Below, in pieces: positions 55,201 through 64,000 of a stretch of DNA of 64,000 nucleotides. Under the pieces are notes generated by a model, which was given only the letters and a program-made list of their open reading frames with translations, made no database searches and was not told the origin of the DNA. How positions within the stretch are numbered: position 1 is the first letter of the stretch; each line of letters starts with the position of its first letter. The stretch comes from Chrysomallon squamiferum (lineage: Eukaryota > Animalia > Mollusca), in the NCBI GenBank assembly GCA_012295275.1, contig CM022671.1, positions 28,086,001-28,150,000 on the forward strand, written 5' to 3'. Position numbers and translations under genes: made by a program.

Positions 55201-58036
55201 AAAATAATATCTTATTTATTTGAAAGTTTTAATGTTTTTTCACATCAATATATTCGCAGATATCGAGGTTTAAAAAGTTTCAGGACATCACCATGGGATC
55301 CAAAAGAAAATCTTCCTAGTGATTATGCCAGAATCTATCAGTTTGAAAACTTTGCCAGAACTAGAAAAAGATGTTTGGCTGAAGACCCAGAAGATGGAGC
55401 TTTGGTACAAACAAATTTCCTGTCTTCCTTTTATTGCATAATACAAAATAACATACTCTAAAGTAAAAGTAAAATATGACATTTTTTTTTTAACAAATAA
55501 TTACATTCACTGTTACTTGTATATGATTATAACTAATATTTTATAATATGAAAAGTTGATTCGAGGCAGATTATAACCTTATATATATATTTGCAAATAT
55601 TCAGTCTCTGTAGCAACTGTACAACATAATATTTTTTCCCTTTTTATCTGATTTAAAAAAAAACAAAGAAAGAAAGAAATTCTTTTGCTTGGATTACTGT
55701 ATAACTAGACATTTTTTAATTTAAAATGATTAAATATAAATATATGTATGTATGTGAAGCTATTTCTTGTAAATGTATGACTATTTACATTTTACTGTTT
55801 ATTTTACTAAATAATTAAACTTTTTTGTTTGTTTGTTTTATAGGCTGGCTGGTTTATTACTGTTCATGTGGCAAATGTTCCAAAAGCTTTTATGGGTAAA
55901 TCCAATAAAATATTTATCTTTGCATGCCTCAAAAAAGTAACTCCATAGGAAAATAAAAATTATTTTGAAACTCTTCATGAAAATATATTTAATAATATCT
56001 GCACTTTCAGTCTAATCTAAATTTGAATGTATCTATGGATTAATGGATATTTTAAAGTCGTACCCTGTCCAGTCCTTTAATAAGTATTGAAAATATGAGA
56101 CTTTTTACATAAAATAAACAAAATATTTTTCTGTCTTTTCACTAAAATTGTATTATTTTTATATCTGTGTTTGCAGAAAATTACAAGCCTGGAACTCCAG
56201 TGGTTTTATTTGGGTTATTACCCCATGAACACAAAATATCAGTCATGCACTTTGTTATAAAAAAACTGCCTGCTGTCACAGAGCCAGTGAAGTCAAAAGA
56301 GCGATTTGTGTTCCATGTTGGATATCGAAGATTCTCAGCTTGCCCAATTTTCTCTCAGCACACAACTGGTAATAAACATAAGGTTGGTGTCATCCTGTTG
56401 AAATATTAGAGATTAGCTTTGTTATTTTTTTTGTTTTGCTTCTGTCACTGCAGATTGGGAAGTTTAAATTATAAGTATTGGAATTAATGTATTCACATAC
56501 AGACTGAAAATGTTCTGTCGGTTTACAGCTGGTAGTAAAATAGAAGGTGTTTGCCGATATATTTATAAATAAAAATATGTTGTGGCATAAGAATGACTGA
56601 TCTCGTTTAAAAAAAAAAAAATGTCCACATTTTTCTTCAGTTTGAACGTTTTCTTCCTCCTGATGCAGCAACAGTTGCCACAGTTTATGCTCCAGTGATG
56701 TTTCCTCCAGCACCTGTGCTTGTTTTTAAAGAGACACCAGAAGGTATTGACATTAACTTCATAAAAATAGATCCACTAGCATTTTTGATATTGACTCATT
56801 TTAACATTATTTCTGTAATGAATATAAATTTTTCAAAATTAAAAAAAAATTAATAAAAAAAAATTTCATAAACGGTAGAAATGCATTTATGGTTGCTCAG
56901 TCTTCAACATGCTTGTAATCATCATAAATGAGGAAAATGGATTGGAGCACAGTTTAAAAATTTTGTTACTTCCTATAGTCTTTTTTTCAAGATTACATTT
57001 TTATGTAATGAGTGTGTGACCAGATATATTTTATTTTATTTTGTGTACTGTGCAGGTCTTCATCAGATAATTGCCAAGGGATCTTTGCTTTCTGTCAATC
57101 CTGATAGAATTGTGGTCAAACGAATTGTTCTTAGTGGATACCCATGCAAAATTTTGAAGAGATCAGCAGTCATCAGATACATGTTTTTCAGCAGAGGTTA
57201 ACAACTTTAAAATGATACTTATAATGAGGAAAGACATTCACTTTCTTGCAGATAGATAAATTTATTTTTGTGCCATACTCCAAAAAATAAACACCTCAGA
57301 ACAATTGAATTCTGATGAATAGAAGCAAGAAAATATTTTCAGTTGTTATAATGTATATGCAACTGTAAAAATTTCTAAAAGCTGGCTATAAATATATTTC
57401 AGTATTTACAGTTGTTACACAAGAAATAATTTTTGTTTTGAATTAATTTATTAACTGATTTTTCATTTTCCTTTGCAGAAGACATTTTGTGGTTTAAACC
57501 AGTGGAACTGAGAACAAAATGGGGAAGGAGGGGACACATAAGAGAACCTTTAGGTTGGAATTTTTTTATATATATAAATCAAGATACATAATACAAGGTT
57601 TCTGTTAAATTAATATAAAATAATTTTAGAATTATGAATTAATTTATTTTTATACCAAAATGACAAAATAAAATATATCTTTTCAAATGGAATGACCAAA
57701 AAAGAAAAAAGTTTTAAGATAATAAAAATTAACTTTTCATGAATTGTAAATACTTTCAATAGTTTTTAAACTTCAACTGTTTGATAAAATTACTTGCAAT
57801 TGATCATTGTATTCTTTATCTGCACTTTTTTTATTTCAGGAACCCATGGTCACATGAAATGTGTTTTTGATGGCAGTTTGAAATCACAAGACACCATTTT
57901 AATGAATCTCTACAAGCGCATGTACCCAAAATGGACATACAACCCCTACGTTGCAAAACCACTAGCTATCAAAGATTATACACAGGAAACAAATAATGTA
58001 ACAGGAGAAGGACAAGCATATGAAATGTTTGAATAA
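49248..58036 (+). CDS. TSR1: Pre-rRNA-processing protein TSR1 (40S maturation, Bms1-like), 20 coding exons, 814 aa
   Basis: Exons 49248-49359, 49969-50039, 50194-50280, 50498-50610, 51324-51519, 51739-51809, 52040-52196, 52556-52735, 53185-53335, 53534-53628, 53967-54095, 54527-54597, 54835-54927, 55260-55404, 55844-55895, 56177-56382, 56641-56743, 57056-57196, 57479-57553, 57840-58036 (2445 nt). Motifs [63 protein letters not shown] and [12 protein letters not shown]. Confidence 0.97.
50988..51242. mobile_element. hAT-like MITE in TSR1 intron 4
   Basis: TIRs CAGGGCTGGATTT...AAATCCAACTCTG. Subterminal GCCTAGGGCGGCA / GCCTATGGGTGGCA repeats. The candidate 8-bp TSD is degenerate (TACACACA vs CACATCCA). 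Confidence 0.62.
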
Positions 58037-58312
58037 ACATTTTTAATAAAAGAAAATAAATTTTAAAAAGTGGAACATCTGTGTAAGCTTTTATAAAATA
58101 GTGTACATTTAGAATAGAATGATGTGCCCAAACATAACTTGATAATGCTGATTTGGATATATTGTACAAATAAATTGTTTACCTCCAGTTTTCAGGCTTT
58201 GAATTTGATAGTGGTGGTTATACATTTGTTACAGAAAAATTTATTTTAAAAATCTTGCCAATTATCTCCTAAGAGTGGAAGTCATCTCTGACAAATCAGT
58301 GTGACTAAAACA

Positions 58313-58351
58313 AATAAACCAGCCAGCCTATAAAACAAACAAACAAAAAAG
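58313..58351 (-). repeat. Perfect 39-bp inverted copy of 55820-55858 (TSR1 intron 14 acceptor plus first 15 nt of exon 15)
   Basis: 55820-55858 = CTTTTTTGTTTGTTTGTTTTATAG|GCTGGCTGGTTTATT. 58313-58351 = AATAAACCAGCCAGCCTATAAAACAAACAAACAAAAAAG. 39/39 reverse-complement match, checked base by base. Confidence 0.95.
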
Positions 58352-58645
58352 CTTTCTTTTATTTATACATTTTACTAAAATTTAAAGGATATTCTTTTTC
58401 ACTAATTGCCAATATTAACTTCAGCTGCTGATCAACTATTATTTCCTGCCTGAATAAGATAGAAAGCAACCACATATCACGTTTATTTTGAAATCTGTTC
58501 TGTATTCTCACAATTCAGAACAGCTCACCAGATACAATCAGGAAAATATCTCAGAAACATCACAATAAAACAATTTTTGTTTAACAGAGAGAACACAATT
58601 TCCTCAGCAGATGCTTGAAGATTCTTGATAGTTCTGTTTAGAAAA

Positions 58646-61600
58646 CTAAGTTTCTTTGCACTGTCTGTCAAACATTTCTTTCAGCAAAGTCAGACTGTCA
58701 CTATATCGAAGCTCGTTTATAAAGGCCTGGTTACGCCATCTGAAATGGTAAATGGTGTCATTTAAATCTGATGGATATTATGAAAAAAGAAAAAAGAAAA
58801 TTTCACTTTGTGGACTGGAATATTATTGTTAATTGGAATATAAAACTCTTACCCAAGTAATAGCACAGAAACTGTTTTCAAATTATGAACAAAAATTATA
58901 AGATAATTCTATAATGTTAAGAATTTTATATTGGCCATATATACCTGGCTCTGATCTGCTTCCATCTCTCCATATGATTCAACAGTAGTTGTTCTGGACG
59001 TGTAGCTAAACCAGGATCCTGTAAAAATAGACTACTCAGTTACATAACAGTTCATAAATTTGATTTTGTGTGAATGTATGTATGTATGTATGTTTGTATG
59101 TATGTGTATTTTTACCTTGCTCGTCAACAGAATTAAAATAACATGTATGAAATAACATTTCATAAATTTTATATATATAAACTGTTTCAAATATTAAAAA
59201 CATCAAACATTTTTTAATGCAAAAGGAAAAAATAAAGAAATTGTTTCTAGTAGTATTATCCTTGTTCATATGAAGAAAACATTTTTGGATTTATGATATA
59301 AATATTAAATGTACTTTTTAAGAAATGTTTGAAAACTTAAAGAATAATGGAATGAGTTAAATACAACTTACAGCATGGATGTCCAGACTTGGGTCTGTCT
59401 GGGGTAGTGGTTCTGGTATGCGCTGGTCTCGATAAACTTCAGAGGTTTCTTGTTTTACAGGGGGTGGCATTGTGTAAACATCAGGAAATTTTTCACTACC
59501 CTTAATGTTCAAAACAAACAGTGAAACTACTTGTGAATGTCAGTATTACAATACGCATCCTGAATTCAAACTCTATCAAAAAAAACATTTTCATAATCAA
59601 ATTCCGTTATCTAAATACTATTAAATTAAAAAACTGCATAAATAATCGAAGTAAATGAGATTTGAATTTCTTATTATTTATGAACACTTATTTTAAAGTC
59701 ACAATGAGATCCTTTGACAAAGCTTTTTGAGAAATATTATAAAAGACAGCTGTGTAATGTGTCACAGGTTGAGATCACCTGTGCCCAAGTATTACATTTC
59801 TTATCACAACAGTTTAAATGTTTTTCTCATCATGATACATTTACAACAAAAAGGCTTTATTATTTACCTCTTCATCTTGAGTACTGTGTGTCTCTGGGGT
59901 TGGTGAACGTTCCCGTACATCTGATTCTTTGACACCTGGATTGTTCTTCATCCATGCTCTGCATATTGGATACAGAGGTGTTGATTCGTCAAACTGAGCC
60001 AGATCCACACTGCGATCAAACAATTTCATCACATATGTATCTGTGAAAAAAGAAAAACAAATTACAATAAAATGCTGTTACCTTTTTCCACTGAGCACTT
60101 AAAAGTTTATCAAAATAAAAAGACCTTTACGTCAATATACCATTATCCAAAACTCTGAAAACTGAAATGCTACCAAAATTTTTTAAAATTTTTGCTTCTC
60201 AAAATGGAGGATAACTCAAATATAAATTGGACACTTTTTAATTATGAGGATACAAAAGCTTTGTCTAATTTACTCACGCTGCTGCTGAGCTAAATCAAAA
60301 TCAAGATCTTCTTTTCGTTTTCTCTTTCTGTAACTTTTCCCTGAGGATTTGCGAGGAGAAACTGCAGGAGAAGCAGACCTAGAACAAAATAATTTAACAC
60401 TAGAATGTAGTAATGTGGATTCCATATCATACCACTATTTTATTTAAGAAAAATAATATAGAATAAACTGCATTAACAATTTAGATGAACCTTTTTCTCA
60501 AATAGTCGTATTTTGTTTTCATAAATCTTCTTAGATAACTATTCAGAAACTATTCAGAAACTATCCCTAACATATTCAGAAATGCAAAGGAACAAAAACA
60601 AAAAAGTAAATTCATGTTACCCACCCAACTGGCACATCTGGCTGACTGCTAGTTCCTTCATCCTCACTTTCCGGCTGACTGAAAATGACAAATCACACAA
60701 CTATTAGAAGCAAATAAACATTCACATTTAGAGCATATAATATATTAATAACAGATATAGCTAAAATCTCTTTAAAAATTGTCTTCTATAAACATTTTGA
60801 TTTTCAAATGTGTTTCATGCTGCTTCTGTTACCTTGTTTGTTATAAAAACTATAAGCCTACAGATTTTCTATTTTTAAAAATATGCTGATATTAGTAACA
60901 TTTCTGTGTTTGGAATACCGAAGTTCTTTCATATTATCTCAGTTTATTAAGTTATCAAAATACGATCCAAACCTTTCATCTTTTTTGTCTACTAAATGTT
61001 GCAGTGTTGCTCCTAATCGAGATCTGGCTGTTGCAACCTCGGCTGAGATACAAATTAATTAAAACATATTAGTATTTTATTGTAGCTATTTGAAGGGTGA
61101 AAGAAAATTTGTTTCTAGCAGAGACACAGGATATAAATAATCTATGTAACTGAATAAAATAAGATATAATATTTTTTTTCTAGCTAATGGGAGTTTCCCC
61201 AAGTTGTGGCATAAATGTTTGAGTTTTCCTATCTATAGGAAATTCTTTCATCACTTGTAAGTATAGAATAAAAAAAATAGACATTAAGTAGGCATTTTCA
61301 TTATGGTACAATCCAATGCTGTCAAGAAAGCAATACATGAATGCAAATGACATTTAAGATATTGTAATAAAAGTGGCCTTCCTACATGGAAAAATCTGAA
61401 TGACATTTTGTCATTTCTTGAATGTGGTCAACATCATTGCGATAAAAAAAAATGTGTTGTTGTTGAAAAAAATATCAGTTCTATATGTAGAAATGTATAA
61501 TGAATGGTCCAAAAATTGTTTTAAATCTAGAATGCAGGAGATATATTTCCCTGCATTCTGGGAAGTAAATTGACAAGGGAGATAAGTGTCTATCAGAAAG

Positions 61601-61805
61601 GATCTGCTGAAAAGTGAATGATACTTGTTATGTTACAGCACATTTTTACAACATGGGACCTGCCATAACTGCAAAAACGTCATACAGTTCTCACAGTCAG
61701 GCTATTTTTTTTATTTGCTTTACGTGTTCATGGGCAGACCTTGGCAGAGTATGGGAGTGCACGTGTGCGTATGTGTGTGTATGTATAAATAAAAAAAAAT
61801 TAACA

Positions 61806-61844
<39 letters not shown>

Positions 61845-62307
61845 TGGCTTTTTGCCAATGACCATTAAATATATATATAAATATATCTATTCACATCTAT
61901 CGACACAATTCAGATGATGAGATATTATGTGATTCACTGATTGTAGAAATTGTGCTCTTTCAAGTCTTTGCATTTGAATAAAAACATTTAACATTTTAAC
62001 TGTTTAATTTTTCATGAACGTGCTTAATTAAAACCAAAGACATTTTGTTTAAATGCAAACAAAACTAATTTATGATTCATATCGCCAAAAGCGGTCCATG
62101 TTTAACATTTAAGTTGACAATGACATGCCGCAGTAATTAATGATTTAAATTAAAATTAAAGCTCAAAACAATTCCCAAGAAACGTTGTATTGGCTATTTG
62201 GCAATTCGGGGTCGCAATCGCAATCGGTCTGCTGTCAATTCAAATTAGCTGTATCTATTTTTCTAGTATACTTAATTCTGTTTACCATGTTTATGTTTTG
62301 TCGTCAT
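58646..62307 (-). CDS. LIN37: LIN37, DREAM/MuvB core subunit, about 238 aa
   Basis: Exons 62286-62307 (MTTKHKH, inferred start), 60973-61042 ([19 protein letters not shown]), 60625-60678, 60278-60378, 59868-60040 ([34 protein letters not shown], the family hallmark), 59372-59500, 58945-59018 ([13 protein letters not shown]), 58646-58739. Total 717 nt, in frame. Confidence 0.93.
60134..60260. mobile_element. Possible highly decayed Tigger4-like end in a LIN37 intron
   Basis: ATTATCCAAAACTCTGAAAACTGAAATGCTACCAAAATTTT resembles the recalled Tigger4 terminus. No clean TIR pair or TSD. Confidence 0.3.
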
Positions 62308-62470
62308 TATATTGTAGTGGCTTTCACTTTAGACAAGCCGCCATTAAGAACCTAGATTTCTCTTACAATTGTTTTGATTGGTTACAGAAATGAAAAATTG
62401 TAAGCATAACGATGATTTGCCACTTTGTTTTGAAATTTCATTGGTGTTTTGCAACAAAATGGAAGTGTAA
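62308..62470. promoter_or_regulatory. Probable bidirectional promoter of LIN37 and the downstream + strand gene
   Basis: YY1-like GCCGCCATT at 62337-62345, two ATTGG (CCAAT) boxes at 62377 and 62440, TTTGAA at 62429-62434, and a + strand donor GTAAGT near 62466. Confidence 0.55.
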
Positions 62471-63704
62471 GTAAAGAAAAGCTTATTATTTATAAATTAT
62501 TATATCAGTAATGATATTACACTATTTAAGTTATTTTATGTTTTATATCCAGGTCAGTTAAATTCAACTTGTAAATAACGATTTGTAATTAGATCGTTTC
62601 AAAACAAGATTTTGTCAGGTACATATTTATTATTCATTTTGCTTTTTATTATCGATGTTTTTTCGAACATTACCTTTTTTCGCATTCGCGGTATTGCTAT
62701 TACTTATGTTTTTTTCGCTATCTGCATGTAATTAATTACATATAATCAATATATTTATAAATGAGATGGATACAGATCTCCCAGTATTTATATTTTTAAA
62801 AAATATGTCTTCTTTTCTTATTCTGATAATAATTCTAAATTCAATTTCTATTTTCGTATGAAATATTTACTAGTTAAAGTAGTTTCGATTCTTCAGTCTG
62901 TTATTATTTTATTCGTAATAGATTGATTATTAATACACATGTATTTTATTTTAATTTTAATTTTCATTTGTTTATCTATAATTTTTTTTTTTTTCTTTGT
63001 TGGTATATTGACACTAATTATTTTTGTACATAAACAAATTTGTATCTATTTTTACTTGAAAAATACGATTATAGAAAAATAATTAAATTTTATTTTCATC
63101 TTAAAGGTTGGATTCTTCTTCTTATTATTATTATTATTTTATTTTATTTTATTTTATTTACTTATTTATTAACTAATTCATTCATTAATTCAGTATCAGT
63201 GCTTTTGAATAAAAAAAAATAAAAATAAAAGGTAATATGTATGTCATAATTTGTATATGGTAACAATTCTGGATCATAAAATTATAACTATTCTGGAATT
63301 TGGACAAAATGTAAAAACAATTATATTGTGTTTCTATTTCCTTATTTGTCCTTTCAAAAGCACATAACATTGTATCCTCAGTTCAATTTAGTTTCAGTTT
63401 CCTGGATTTACGTCATTATATAGATTCTTTTTCCTGCTGTCAGGATTGATGATCAGTCTTTAACTGAAGGAAAGAAGAAGAAATATTCAAATAATTTGCT
63501 GTAACCTGCAAGTTTGTTAACATGTCATGTATATTATTTTTATATAACTTTATATAGATATTGGATATAAAGATATAGATATTATACAGTAATAATCAGT
63601 TTTTAGTTTCAGTTTTCATTTCCTGTTAGTCATACATCAAATGAAAATGCTGAAGTAAATGATTCTGATTATTTTTTTCAGATGTTCTGAAACTTTTCTT
63701 CTAC

Positions 63705-63844
63705 ATGTCCCTTGTGTGTGCATTCTACAGTATCAATCGATTTGCTAAATTATCTTTTGAAGGGATTTCAAGCACTTTCCATTTCAATATCCGGAATCAG
63801 TTTAAAAACACAATGTCTGATGTTGACTCTGGAAAACAAGAAAG
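63705..63844 (+). CDS. Probable first coding exon of an unidentified gene that runs off the window end
   Basis: Exon 63682-63844 has a tttttttcag acceptor and an AG|GTAAAT donor, and is open in one frame: MSLVCAFYSINRFAKLSFEGISSTFHFNIRNQFKNT-MSDVDSGKQE (ATGs at 63705 and 63813). Upstream UTR-like exon 62553-62618 and a donor near 62466, divergent from LIN37. Too short to identify. Confidence 0.45.
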
Positions 63845-64000
63845 GTAAATACCTTTAGTTTAGTTTAATAATACTAACAATTACAGTATATTTCACTGGT
63901 GTGATATGATTTAAAGAACAAAAGTAAATATTTACTGAACATTTTTTTTTTTAAATTACTTTGTGAAGTGCTCCAATACTAGAGGTTATGTAAGAAATTT

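Noticed and set aside
61529-61559. 10-bp hairpin AGAATGCAGG/CCTGCATTCT in LIN37 intron 1
   Set aside because: An isolated short stem, too small for a pre-miRNA, with no supporting context.

Overview
AT-rich, intron-rich animal DNA, very probably a mollusc: the syntaxin N-terminus is nearly the Aplysia/Loligo type, from memory. I rebuilt the gene models by hand from GT-AG boundaries and reading-frame continuity. Gene order, with strictly alternating strands: syntaxin-1 (-, 5' half only), Ran (+), CENPJ/SAS-4 (-), a DUF4807/F58A4.6-like protein (+), MED31 (-, absent from the ORF track), TSR1 (+), LIN37 (-), and the start of an unidentified gene (+). Mobile DNA: a young Sola2-type foldback element with a 4-bp TSD, several pogo/Tigger MITEs (one resembling human Tigger4/MER46), a hAT-like MITE and a truncated retroelement tail with a 13-bp TSD. 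Most notable: (i) a perfect 39-bp antisense copy of a TSR1 3' splice site in the TSR1/LIN37 3' junction; (ii) syntaxin-Ran head-to-head linkage as in human STX2-RAN; (iii) candidate structured RNA islands in syntaxin and Ran introns. No prokaryotic-type systems, tRNA, rRNA or CRISPR arrays were seen. Family assignments rest on recalled motifs, not database searches.
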